In this document: positions 1-12,535 of the stretch, piece by piece
How positions within the stretch are numbered: position 1 is the stretch's first letter
Layout of the letters: every line of letters starts with the position of its first letter
DNA from: Macrostomum lignano
Taxonomy: Eukaryota
Assembly: GCA_002269645.1 (NCBI GenBank)
Contig: NIVC01000469.1
Coordinates: 248,001-312,000, forward strand
Length of the DNA stretch: 64,000 bases
Direction: 5' to 3'
The notes under the pieces: generated by a model
The model's database searches: none
Told to the model about the DNA's origin: nothing
The model's input: only the letters and a program-made list of their open reading frames with translations
Program-made: the position numbers and the translations under genes

Positions 1-230
1 GAGAAGAGAGGAGCTGAGAGTAGAGGAGAAAGAAATAGTGAGATGAGGCATGAGGGATGAGAGATGAGAGAGGAGAGAAGAGAGGAGAGAGGAGAGAGGA
101 GAAAACAGGGGATAAAGGAGACAGAAGAGAAAGACGAAAGACGAGGGAGAAGAGATAAATAAGGTGGTAGAGATGAGAGACGTGAGAGGAGAGAAAAGAG
201 AAGAGAGGAGACAGAAGAATCTGAGTCTGG
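1..230. repeat. GA-rich low-complexity tract
   Basis: Almost pure purine (GA/GAA/GGA) sequence. Confidence 0.9.
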
Positions 231-417
231 ACAATGGCAGTCAGTTTTTGCGAACAGGGAAAACAAGATATGGTATTTGAAAGGCTTTACAGAGGATTTG
301 GAGATGATTTGGAAGATGGGATTCAAGTCATGGAATTTCAGCTGATGGATTTCAGGGAATGGAATTCCGGTGATGGGAGTTCTTCCCCTTTCTCCTCCAG
401 AGGAGGAGTTGGCCTCG

Positions 418-1110
418 TCTAACTATAAAAATCAAAACTCTGTGTGTCTGTGTGTGTGTGTGTCTGTGTGTGGACAATTTTGATCGCTATGGACTCCCAA
501 ACCACTCAACCAAATTACACCAAACTTTACACCCACCCTAAACTTACTACGGAGAATGTCTTAGGCTACCTTTTAATTTCCTAAATTTGAGTCTTCCTAC
601 CTAAAAGTGCAAAAAACTGCTCAAAATGCGCAATTTTTTCACTAAATCCTCCATAGCGCCGCTCCACTTCTACCGATTCTCTTCAAATTTGACACAGATA
701 ATCTTAAACTATTTTGGCACAATCATGTAAAATTTCAAGTCTCAAAGTTAATCCTGAGCGGTGCTGTGCACTTTTAAAATTAGGCTGTTTTTTTCAGCGT
801 AGCAACCACCCCAACCTCCACCCGGCTGCCTCTCTTTCCCGATCTGGGCAAAGGGTGCAAATAGGTTTTTAAATGACTAACTTTGGGCTGCCATAAGTTT
901 GCTTCACGTGAAGCGAATAACTTCAAATTTGACACGATTTTTCATTAACTTATTCTCTGTCTAAATGTAAAGTCTCAACTCTGTATCTCAATCAGGACGG
1001 AAACTGTAAGCATGTGAAGTTTGTCTGCTTTTTCTGTTGTTTGTGCCACTCACTCCTCATTCCCCCAGAGCCAGACGAAGGGTCAGCGATAGGGCTCAAT
1101 GTACATAGCA
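418..1110 (+). mobile_element. Possible non-autonomous Helitron-like element
   Basis: Begins TCTAACTATAAAAATC followed by a (TG/TCTG)n microsatellite and repeated 'caaatttgacac/ccaaactttacac' motifs, a layout typical of non-autonomous Helitron-type repeats. A clear 3' hairpin+CTRR was not found, so the right boundary is approximate. Confidence 0.3.
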
Positions 1111-1629
1111 AATGTACAGTGTTTTGGAATAACTTTTTAATAGCCTTCTCTGTACCCCCGCGAGTGGAGAGGCGTTGAGGGGAGAGAGTTTAGCGAGAGA
1201 TTCAAACTTACTGTCCTCTGTATAGACAAGTCGAAGCAGTTAAACAAGGATAGCAAATCAAGGCGATGTGGGATGGTTAAAAAAAATAGCGAAAAATTAA
1301 TGAATAACTGATTACAATGCAATCCTACTAAATTAGTTACACCATGAAAATTTTAACATTAAGATTCGCATAAGGTAACTTTAAAATTTAAATGGCCTCC
1401 TAAGAAATGCGTATTTCCTTGGTTGTTAGACTGATGCAGACTGCAGTGGAGCTGAAGATACACAAATTCTTTTCAGGGCTTGCAAATTGGCAAGAAAGAT
1501 GACATGATCAAAGCATGAGAACAGCCATGAGAGTACTACGTCCCAAAAACTGGCTTTCCAAGCAGGAATGGGCAGACTTTTACCTCAAAGGCCAGAAAAG
1601 AATCCTGCTTATGGCTGAGGGGCAGTTGA

Positions 1630-3110
1630 GAGTGGAGAGAAGAAGGAATAGACTATTCGAAAAGAGAGGAGAGGTGAGAGAGAGAATAAGAGAAAAGATA
1701 AAAGATAATAGGAGATATGAGGGAGTGAGGACGATGAGAGGAGAGAGTAGAGAGGAGCGGGTAGAGAGGAGAGAGCAGAGAGCTGCAGATGAGAGGAGAG
1801 CAGAGAGAAGAGCAGAGAGGAGTTAGTAAAGAGGAGAAAGGAGAGATGAGAGAGTAAATGGAACTTGGAAGAGAGAAGAGATAAGGTTGTACAGATGAGA
1901 GAGGTGTAAAGAGAGATGAGATGAGAGATGAGAGATAAAGGAGGAGAGGGGAGAGAGAAGAGACGAGACAAGAGAGGGAGAGAGTATATAGAAGAGGGAA
2001 GAGAAGAGAATAGAAGAAAGGAGAAAGGAAAGTGAGGAGACAAAAGAGGTGAAAGAAAAGAGTACAGAGGACAGAATGAGAGAACATATAAGACAGTAAA
2101 GATGACAGATGAAAGAGGGGGATGAGCTGAGAGCAGAGACGAAAATGAACAGACGAGAGATGGGAGAGTAGAGAGAACAAAGGAGAGATAAGAGAGAAGA
2201 GATTACAGAGACGAGAGGAGAGACAAAGAGAGAGAGATGTGAGTGAGGCGAGAGGAGAGAAAAGAGGAGAATGGAGGGGAGAGAGTAGAGAGGAGAAGAA
2301 AGATGGGAGAGGAGAGATAAGAGAGAGGGGAAGCAGAGAGAGAGGGGGAAGCAGAGAGAGAGGGGGAAGTAGAGAGATAGAGAGGGGGAAGCAGAGAGAG
2401 AGGGGGAAGCAGAGATAGAGGGGGAAGCAGAGATAGAGGGGGAAGCAGAGAGAGAGGGGGAAGCAGAGATAGAGGGGGGAAGCAGAGAGAGAGGGGGGAA
2501 GCAGAGAGAGAGGGGGGGAAGCAGAGAGAGAGGGGGGAAGCAGAGAGAGAGGGGGGAAGCAGAGAGAGAGGGGGGAAGCAGAGAAAGAGGGGGGAAGCAG
2601 AGAGAGAGGGGGGAAGCAGAGAGAGAGGGGGAAGCAGAGAGAGGGGAAGCAGAGAGAGAGGGGGAAGCAGAGATAGAGGGGGGAAGCAGAGAGAGAGGGG
2701 GGAAGCAGAGAGAGAGGGGGGAAGCAGAGAGAGGGGGAAGCAGAGAGAGAGGGGGAAGCAGAGATAGAGGGGGGGGGAAGCAGAGAGAGAGGGGGGAAGC
2801 AGAGAGAGGGGGAAGCAGAGATAGAGGGAAGCAGAGAGAAATAAAAAGAGATAAAAGAGAAGAGAGAGAAGAGAAAGGAGAGATCAGAGAGCAAATAAAG
2901 ACGAGAGAGAGGAGAGGTGAATGATAAGACGAGAGAAGAGTGGGAGGAGAGGAAAGAGAAAAGAAGAGAAAAGACATGAGATAAGAGAGATGAAAAAGAA
3001 GAGAAAAGAGGGGAGAGGAAAGAGGAAAAAGAGAAGAGAGGAGAGGAGAGAGAGCAGAGAGGAGAGTCGAGGGACGAGAGAGGAGAGGAAACAGAAGAGA
3101 AGATAGAAGT
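1630..3110. repeat. GA-rich low-complexity region with a 17-20 bp minisatellite (GGGGGAAGCAGAGAGAG)n at ~2325-2835
   Basis: Direct reading; explains the Leu/Ser/Pro-rich minus-strand ORFs. Confidence 0.95.
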
Positions 3111-3411
3111 TTCAAAGGATCCAAGGGACGTAGGGAGAGTCAGAGGCAGAGGCCAGAGTTTGCCGATACATGTTTTAGAGTCAGACAGACATTAACTGCC
3201 TATTTAAAGTAAAAAGCAACCCAACCAACAAGATCAATGTTTGACTCAAATTCTAATTTTACACAAATGTACTCCATTTGATGTCTATCTCTATCCTACT
3301 AACTATTAAAAAGTTTTTGTTTGAGTATGGCCTCAGATTTCAGAAAACATGGAAAAATAGTTCCGGGATTGGAATTCCCCGGGTTCAAAATCCGCGGGTT
3401 TCAACAGCTTG

Positions 3412-3739
<328 letters not shown>

Positions 3740-4290
3740 ACTGCCCAGTGCTTTCACAGGTAGACCTGTATTACTTTCAGGAACAAGCTAAGCCAGTGTC
3801 TCGTGTTCCAATACTCGCAGCAGCCAAACCTGGGCAAACAGCCCCAGGATGCAGGAGGCTGGAGGCTGAAGTGGTCCTACTGCCCGCTGGCTGATCATAA
3901 ATGTTTGCCCCAGAACGGCACAGGTTGGACCAAGTGGACCCTGAAACTCTCCAAGCCAAAGCCGGCTTCTGTGACGCCGGGTGAAGGCAGAGTCTGACTG
4001 AGGGGATTTTTCAGAAGTTTCAAAACCCGGCGCAAAAATGTCAGAAGTTGCTCCGGGCTGGCAGAGGACTTCTATCGGCCTGCTGCAGCTTTAGCAATAG
4101 GATTTATGACTGGCTGGTGGGTGGCATGGCTGCTTCATTCTGCAGGGAAGTTCGGAAGTACAAGAAAGTGGATTTTCCTGAGTCATTTCCCTCCTTGGCT
4201 GTCAGGTTCCTGCAGCAGTATTTTGTATAGCACGAGTCTCTTTTGCAAATACTTTTTCTTGAGTTTCTGTTCTGATCGAATGTAGGATTC

Positions 4291-4429
4291 ATACATCGAT
4301 TTTGCGTGCTTAAATGGTCTATGCACGAGTGCGCGCAGCGCACGAGTGCCATAGACCATTTAAGCACGCAAAATCGCACGCAAAGCGCACGAGTGCCATA
4401 GACCATTTAAGCACAAAAAATCGATGTAT
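4291..4429. repeat. Foldback/hairpin element with ~34-bp inverted arms
   Basis: catacatcgattttgcgtgcttaaatggtctatg at the left is the near-perfect reverse complement of catagaccatttaagcacaaaaaatcgatgtatg at the right; there is an internal direct repeat of gcgcacgagtgccatagaccatttaagcac. Confidence 0.85.
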
Positions 4430-4597
4430 GAGTTGCATTGTATTACGTTGGCTTAATACTTTAGATGGCGCGTTAGATGCACGCTCAGTTAATTTGTCTT
4501 AACCATAGACAAAAATGCGTGAAAGGCACGCAAGTTGATTGAGTGTTGCGAAGAAGGGAATAAGAAGCTGTTAAATTAAAATCACTTGTGAGAGAAT

Positions 4598-5236
4598 ATG
4601 GCTGAGCCACCAACTAAAGTCAGACTTCTGAATCTGAGCAAATTTCCAAACGAAATGATTTCCGGCTTGTCCACCAATGAGATTGACGACATTCTGAACG
4701 AGCCTGATAATCTACCGGAGTCGGCAATTGATCGAGAAGAGGAGGATCTTCTGGAGGCACTTTTCAAGAAGATACCTGACGAAGAAGCTGAACTACTTGA
4801 ATTGGAACAGCTCGTTTCCGAAATCGAGGACACCGCTGCTAGTAAAAGTGTGACAAAGGCTACCGAATATTATGTCGGTAAGTTGCAGAGCTTCATGGAG
4901 AACCATCCGTCAGTTCAGCGTGATTTGGCGACTTCTACACCGCGCGAGATCGACAGTCTATTGCGATACTTCTATGGCTCACTTCGCAAGAGGAATGGCG
5001 AATACTTTGCTCCAGCCACGTTGATTTGTATCCGAGCTGCGCTCTACCGGCATTTCATGTCGACAAGGCGAATCAATATTCTAACTGACGACGCATTCTA
5101 TGCTTCCAATACGACACTGAAGTCAATGGGCAGAATCTTCATTGCCCGAGGCGGACGCGCCCGACACTTCCAATCGATCGAGCCTGTTGATCTGAAGAGG
5201 CTGTCTGACTACTTCGATCGGAAATCTCCAGAGGTG
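4598..5236 (+). mobile_element. Truncated Crypton-type (DUF3504/KCTD1/ZMYM-like) tyrosine recombinase ORF, catalytic domain missing
   Basis: Motifs KATEYYV, IDSLLRYFYGSLRKRNGEYFAPATLICIRAALYRHF, FYASNTTL, IEPVDLKRLSDYFDRKSPEVL match the N-terminal/core-binding part of CryptonA-like recombinases. Homology stops just before the expected catalytic Arg. Flanked by inverted repeats 4436-4483 / 5340-5372. Confidence 0.75.
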
Positions 5237-5904
5237 CTACTCACTTTCCGTGCATTACACGCACGCGTTAGACGCACGCTTGTTGCCTTTACTCAGATAG
5301 AAAATTGCCATAGACACCTACATTAGACGCACAGTAAATCGTGCATCTAACGCGCGCCAGCGTGATACAATGAAAAGCATTTCTACAATTAAGAAGCTGT
5401 TTGAATAGAATTGTTCATAATGCTCTCCAATGAGGTTAAAAGTGCAAAAGCACATCCTGCTGACACGCATTCGGAAGTCCACAAGTCCACAAGCGGCAGT
5501 TTTTAGACGTTAAAAAACTAAAATTCTACTTGAGTAGTTCGTCTGTCGGAGGCAGACTGTGTAAATGATAGAAACATGAGCAGATAGTGAGATAGTCTGA
5601 ACTTATAATGTCAGTCAGAAGGCTTTCCATATAGTAAGCATGCCAAAGTAGCTCGTGTTTGTTTGGTTACAACAGAGATCGATAGTATCTGCTCTGGTAA
5701 TTTTTGGTTACAGCGAGAAATAATTAACGCTATCAACAGGAAGCCACTAATTACCGGGCAGTACGACTCCGATTCCTAAAGGGTGATAGCGACAGTTGAA
5801 AACGTAATTTAAATTTCACCGACACTATCCAGTACAGTCTGCATAATTTGGCAATTTAAATTCAGCTCACTGTCTGTGCATGAAAATTGCTGCCTATCCT
5901 AATT

Positions 5905-6258
<354 letters not shown>

Positions 6259-6277
6259 CTAACTTCTCCAGACTCAC

Positions 6278-6662
6278 CCGGTCCGTACGCACGAACCCTT
6301 TCCGGGTTGGTCCTCGGCTGCAGTGGCGCCCCAGGTTTGAGCCTGGCGCTGGGAAACTGGGCCAAGTACGTCATCATGGCCTTCTCGTCCACTCGCGGAT
6401 TGGCCATCTCCTCCGGCCGGATGAGCTGCGGCACGTCCATCCACTGCTCGGCTGCGTCCATGGCCTCTGTGCAGTTCTCCACGGGCCGGCCGCGGTCCCA
6501 GGCGTCCCAGTCGGGACACAGGCCGGGTGCGCACGCGTCCACCAGCGCCCCGATCGCAGTGCCGTCGTTCCAGTCGGTTGTAAAATTTTGTACACGTTTG
6601 CCAGACATTTTGGCGTTGATCCAGCCCATCAGACGCTGTCTAGGAGTGGTGACTTTGCCATC
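6278..6662 (-). CDS. FLN: Filamin coding exon 3 (CH2 domain to start of Ig repeat 1)
   Basis: [19 protein letters not shown]...[27 protein letters not shown]...[13 protein letters not shown]...RVRAYGPG; tag acceptor, gtgagt donor, phases 0/1. The gene continues beyond the left edge. Confidence 0.95.
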
Positions 6663-6689
6663 CTAGCAGATTCAAAGATGCGGGAGCTT

Positions 6690-7365
6690 ATGCGACTCTC
6701 GAATTGAAGATGTGCCAGCTTGTGCGACTCTCTGATTGAAGATGTTGGAGCTTGAGCGACTCTCGGATTGAGGATGTTGGAGCTTGAGCGATTCTCGGAT
6801 TGAGGGTGTTGTAGCTGGTGCGACTCTCGGATTGAGGATGTTAGAGTTTGAGCGACTCTCGGATTGAGGGTGTTGGATCTGGTGCGACTCTCGGATTGAG
6901 GATGTTAGGGCTTGAGCGACTCTCGGATTGAGGATGTGGGAGCTTGAGCGACTCTCGGATTGAGGGTGTTGTATCTGGTGGGACTCTCGGGTTGAGGATG
7001 TTAGGGCTTGAGCGACTCTCAGATTGAGGGTGTTATATCTGGTGAGACTCTCGGATTGAGGATGTTAGGGCTTGAGCGACTCTCGGATTGAGGATGTGGG
7101 AGCTTGAGCGACTCTCGGATTGAGGGTGTTGTATCTGGTGGGACTCTCGGGTTGAGGATGTTAGGGCTTGAGCGACTCTCAGATTGAGGGTGTTATATCT
7201 GGTGAGACTCTCGGATTGAGGATGTAGGAACTTGTGCGACTCTAGGATTGAGGATGTTAGGGCTTGAGCGACTCTCAGGTTGAGGATGTTAAAGCTTGAG
7301 CGACTCTCGGGTTGAGGATGTGGGAGCTTGAGCGACTCTCGGATTGAGGATGTTGTAGCTTGATT
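6690..7365. repeat. 32-bp minisatellite with a 160-bp (5-mer) higher-order repeat
   Basis: Unit gcgactctcggattgaggatgttggagcttga; the block at 6901 recurs at 7061. Confidence 0.9.
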
Positions 7366-7724
7366 GAGATTCATACCGTGCATTGATTTCGGGATGGATA
7401 GGTTTTCTAATAGTCCGAACTCATCTCTACAACATTACAACACCGAAGTAGAACCAAATTAAAGCAAGTTACATGTTACATTACATGTAGCTAAAACACT
7501 CGGGCTACTTGTCTAGAGAGTTTAATTAAGAGGTAAAAACAAGACGACGACACCAAATGCAGCACAAACCGCAGCATCCCGATGAGGATGCTTCTCATCA
7601 TCCTGGGAGCACTGGCTGGAATCCTAATTAATAGTTTTCGATGGTTTGGTTTCGATGGTGAGAAACCGTGTTACCAGGACAAATCAGTTGAATCTTTATT
7701 ATTGATTATTAAAGGCCTCATTAC

Positions 7725-7840
7725 CTTCAGATATTCATCCTCGCCTTCCCACATTGGCATTGCGATTGAATAGTGCAGAATCAGTGTCCAGATTAGGCCC
7801 AGAATCAGCTTCATCTTGCAGTCCACTATATCTGAGCTGT
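7725..7840 (-). CDS. FLN: Filamin coding exon 2 (end of CH1)
   Basis: (D)[38 protein letters not shown]; cag acceptor, gtaatg donor; phases 1/0 fit the neighbouring exons. Confidence 0.95.
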
Positions 7841-8066
7841 CTGGAATTTATTAATTAAAAGTATATGCAAAGCAGTGCTAAAAGTCTTCAATATATTCAT
7901 TCAAATTAATATTTAATTATCTTGTTAATCAAAGTGGCCTATATTGAAAAGAATTTTAATTGTTATTTTTCTTACTTTATTTTTCTTCCGTTACTCTTGA
8001 ACAAAATTGTTTTTATGGAATTTATCATACACGTAGTTGCTAGAATACGACAGCGCGTAAACACAC

Positions 8067-8430
8067 CAATATTAACCAGACGAAGTCCTTCCTGCTCCTC
8101 CAGGAACTTCAGCGTCATGGTCACATTCTCCAGCTTCTGCGTGCGAAACGTTGGCCGCTTGTTCGCGTGCCGAAACTTGTGCCCGGACAGGGTCTCGACC
8201 AGGGCCAGCAGTTTCAGGCCGTCGGCCAGATCGCACTGCAGATCAGTCACGTACTTGTTCGAGTCCTTGAGTCGCTCGTTAACCCAACGGGTGAAGGTGT
8301 TTTTCTGGATGATCTTCCATTCGGCGTCCTCGGCCAGGTCTCTGTCGGCGCCCAGCATCTCGTCTTCGTCCGTGTAGCCGCCTTCGTCATCGTAGTAATC
8401 ATAATCGTACCGATCGAAATTATCGTCCAT
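8067..8430 (-). CDS. FLN: Filamin coding exon 1 (CH1 actin-binding domain)
   Basis: DLAEDAEWKIIQKNTFTRWVNERLK...DLADGLKLLALVETLSGHK...QKLENVTMTLKFLE...LVNI is the hallmark filamin N-terminus; gtgtgt donor, phase 1. Confidence 0.96.
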
Positions 8431-11193
8431 GAAAGACTAAAACAAATTTTTTGTACCCAAACTTAAAATTCTATATACTCATGGTATATGACAGTGTTTT
8501 TTTATAAGTTTAAACAGATTGGGATATATTTAACATAAATCATCTAATTATTAATAAATAATTTTATTGCTGTCGTTATCGTTGTCATGTCGTAAAATTG
8601 CCTTTTTCCAGCTTGCATCCTACGATGTAAAATTTTACTTTTTAACTTTAGCAGCAAATAACGCAAAATCTTTGTGTCGATTTTACAAGATTTCAATAAC
8701 GATACTTAAAAATTACCAATCCATGCCATTAGCTGAAGTTGAAAACTGCTTTTCGGATTTCTACATCTACGGATTTCTATCTGTTTTTTTACTAAACTCT
8801 TATGAAACGATGTTCCGTTGAATTTTCGAATTTTCAAAATTGTTGACAGACTATAGTTAGCATTCTGCGACTTTCTTTCTAGAATTGTCTCAATAAAAAC
8901 ATGCCATTTCAATTGGTAATTTACGCACTATACACTGTATTGACACTATACATGTATGAGTGACAACAAACAACAACAAACAACAACAAGCAACAACAGT
9001 AACAGTATTACACGCCACAGGGCACACATGATGTAGACTTGGGGTGGATAAACGACGGCGCAACAGGTCCCTCACTCCATCGACTATGGTTCGCTCAATT
9101 AAACCAGATAAAATAAATGTGCATAACTAAGTGCTGCTCTAAAAGCCAAATCGCTTACCCATATCCACACAATGTAAGCTTGAGCTAAAACCTATGTTGA
9201 AAGTAACAACTAAGCTAGTAAAATGCAAGCAACTGAGAACTTACCGACATCGCACGTGAATCGAGATCGAGTTCGACTTGATCTACCAACTCCCAGCTGC
9301 ACAAGATACCCCTTATAATTCTTACTTTATAAATTAAAAAACATTGACTTTTTATATAAGTAAATTATAGCTTTAGCTGCTCTTTTCGAATCGAGCATAA
9401 ATGTAACTTATCCTATAGATTAAATTCTTCCTCGCCCACTTGCTTGAACCAGGCGCGCAGCCACGGTCACTCGTTCACTCTTTCGCTAACTATACCATCG
9501 AGCTTGTCGTGGGGGGGGGGGGTTGCTGCCAACCCAAGAGGTCAACGGAGGGGTGGGCTGCGGGGACAGGTAAGATTTGGTACGTTCATTCGCTTTCCGG
9601 ATGGAGGCTCTTCTGTAAAAAAGGCCAATCTTGCAATACCATTTCGTTCACCCCCCCCCCAAACTTCGCAACCATCCCGATTCCAGATCGCTTCAGCAAT
9701 GGACAGGTCTAGGAACTTCTTCCCCTGTCCTACCCCACCCCGACCTAGCGCCCAAATGAGGAGTTTTAGTCAGCGTCTAAGCGCTAGGGAGTCGCGGATC
9801 AATGCAGCTGCGCCCCTGTGGGCTGCAGCCCCATCCCCAGACCCAATCCCTCCGACTTGCCTTCTGCAGTTTACTCGACTGACGGCAAACTGCAAACTGC
9901 AGCGCTGCGCCACGATACAAACACGCTGCTAAACCCCCCGCTTCAGACCTTGCGGCCCCTCTTTCCTCTTTCCTCCGTCTTGATCCCCTCCCAGCCGTGT
10001 CAGTAGAAACTGCGACAGAGAGGCCTCCAGCCAGCACCCCACGCCGAGGGACTCCTGCGAGAGAAGGCGAGCCCACCAACGCGCCCGGTACAGTCAAGGC
10101 CTTTGTGCAGGGTGGTGGGGGGCAATAATTTTCGCTGACGCTGCATCCGCAACCTCTTAGCATTTACCCATTTTATATAAGATGAATCCCTACACTGAAT
10201 GCAGCTGCCTCCGTGTGCGCAAGCAGCGACAGGTCTAGTGCATCGGAGCAAATCCCCAAGCGACACAATTCCCAACCGCAGCGACGCGCAGTGGTGCCGA
10301 ATCAACCGTATTTTCTGACAAATCTTTTCCTTTACAATAACTATTTTCTTACTCGCTTGCTTCCTCTCGGTAAAGAGAAATACCGCTTATCCCAATGTAC
10401 AAGTTACAACAGTTTCTGTCTAGTGCAGTACAAAACAAGTCAATGAGGAAAAATGTAAACCTGCAATGCAATTTTTCGATATTTAACGAGCTGCAAAGGA
10501 CTTCTTCTGAAATTTCCTGCACTTTAAATTCAATCCTACGAGCATTACGGAACTTATCTATTTATCCCAATCAGATCTTATGTGCATACCCTGCAAGTCG
10601 TTCCTTGATGTGGCGATTAATATTTCCACGAGTACCCCCTGAAGAGCAAGACTGAACTTTCATCTTTCATACTTCAAGTGCTCTTGTCTTTTTTATTAAA
10701 GAGGCGTGGATAAGATCCGTCTCGGATCCATAATGACCCAGACAAAAATCTCAACATGAGTTCAGTTCGACAGCCATGGTCTATCGATTATCAACGAGTA
10801 TTATATGTTAACTTTGGCATTGAAAAAGAATTGCCATATTCTCTGCTCCGTAGACTGTACAGTGTATGTATGTACACTAAACAAAAAGAAGAGCAGAGTG
10901 GGGGTGGAAAACGTACGCCGTACACTGCACCGCACTCACCTGCACTGCGCAACCCTCATTCCCAAGACTCAGAGTAGAGAAAGACATTCTAGCAGTGTAC
11001 ACTTAGCCCCTCCCTCTCTCCCTGCATACCTCGGTTGCCATTGCCAACACCGTCTGGAAGCCCGCCAATTTAAAGAGAACTCTAGCTTTACACATCGAAG
11101 CCACATACAGTTCTGCGTGTTGGTACTGAGCAAAGCTTGGACTCGTAGCAGGCATTTTACTGCATTAGTTTGATCTCAGATTAGTAGAAAACT

Positions 11194-11487
11194 ATGACGG
11201 ACGTCGATGAAACGCTGAAGCGAATCCAGAGCCACAAGGGTGTGCAGGGAGTTATCATCTGCAACGAGAGCGGCATCCCGATCAAGACCAACATGGACAA
11301 CTCGACCACCACCCAGTACTGCAGCTCCATGGTTCGCCTGACTGAGCGAGCTCGCAGCGCCGTCCGGGATCTGGACCCGACTAACGATTTGACATTTCTG
11401 CGCATCCGCTCCAAGAAGAACGAGATCATGGTTGCGCCAGAGAATGACTACTTGGTCATTGTCATTCAGCAGGGCGAGAATCTGTGA
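11194..11487 (+). CDS. DYNLRB: Dynein light chain roadblock-type (LC7), single coding exon
   Basis: [18 protein letters not shown]...[34 protein letters not shown]; full length, 97 aa. Confidence 0.97.
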   Translation: MTDVDETLKRIQSHKGVQGVIICNESGIPIKTNMDNSTTTQYCSSMVRLTERARSAVRDLDPTNDLTFLRIRSKKNEIMVAPENDYLVIVIQQGENL

Positions 11488-12364
11488 AGCAGAAAGAGAT
11501 CTTCTTGCTTCGGTTATAATTTAAACCTTTTTGAACTTTCGCTACTAAAACTTATTCTTTTGCGAAATTTATCGCTGTTGTAATAGTACAAATGTTTGTG
11601 ATGAATGAAATTATTTTTGATTAAGGGGCTCTTGTTTCAATTTTGAGCTCAATTTAAAAACAATGTAGGCTGCATCTTTAAGTACCTGCCAGTTATAAGG
11701 TGTCGTTTAGTGCTTCTTTTGCTACATGTTTACAGCATGTCTACTATAGAGCCTATCATTTTGTTTTTGAATTGGTATGTGAATTAACTAATTTGAATAC
11801 AAAGCTGAAATAATTTGAAAAGGTTATCAAAGCTTGTTTTTATCCCTTTACTTTCGTATTGTAACGTTCTTCTCTGTTTCACTAATTTAAGAATGAATGT
11901 GGTTTTTTATTTTAAATCAATTTTTAACATCCCTGCGGCCTAAGAGAATGCAGATTGCAGAAGCATGTTTCAAAGAAAGATGTTCCGCTACAATTAGGGA
12001 ATTTTAAGGGCTTAATTATTCCTCCATTAGTTTTTATAAGAAATGTTTAATACACGACAAAAGTTGGAGATAGAAGAGAGCGCTTCCTTTTGATCAGCAA
12101 CGACAAAATACACCTTTCGCAGGCCCGAGTGGCCACAATGGCCCAAGCGCGGATCCAGAAAATTTTTGAGGGGGGGGGCAAGCTATACGAAGCACTACAA
12201 CCCCATATTGGAAAAAAGACCTGGCATAGTAGCAGGCCAAAAAAGTATGATCAAAATTTCTTTGGCCGCGGCTGAGGGGGGGGCATGGCACGCACGCCTT
12301 TTGGTACGCACTTCTTAAAAGTCAGCTCCCTCCGTCAGAGTGAATCAGTACGGGGGCATATCAT

Positions 12365-12535
12365 TTATTTCGCATCCCTCAGAAGCAGCTGAAGCATCTC
12401 AGAGGTAGCGCGTCGTTCGTCCTTGGCCTCATCTCTGCGGCCGTACACAACGGCCTTAACAACAAGCCCTGCGAGGTCGTCTGACTCTCCCGACTGGATG
12501 ACTTGGCCAACCAGCTTGATAAAGACTGGGAAATA
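12365..12535 (-). CDS. Putative terminal coding exon of an unidentified gene (helical, weak MA3-like resemblance)
   Basis: Acceptor tttattcctttaacag followed by an open frame YFPVFIKLVGQVIQSGESDDLAGLVVKAVVYGRRDEAKDERRATSEMLQLLLRDAK*; GC-rich island within AT-rich DNA. Not in the ORF track because there is no start codon. Confidence 0.45.
   Translation of the reverse strand, partial: YFPVFIKLVGQVIQSGESDDLAGLVVKAVVYGRRDEAKDERRATSEMLQLLLRDAK

Noticed and set aside
3741-4230. GC-balanced island as the possible next filamin exon
   Set aside because: No minus-strand frame resembles filamin Ig repeat 1, and no frame gave a recognisable product.
7582-7773. 63-aa ORF with a hydrophobic N-terminus
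   Set aside because: Antisense to filamin exon 2/intron, with no other support.
9440-10446. Several overlapping short ORFs in a GC-rich region upstream of filamin
   Set aside because: No recognisable motifs; could be promoter/UTR or repeat remnant, not supportable.
12146-12314. Harbinger-like MITE with G-runs
   Set aside because: Termini only partly complementary and no TSD found.
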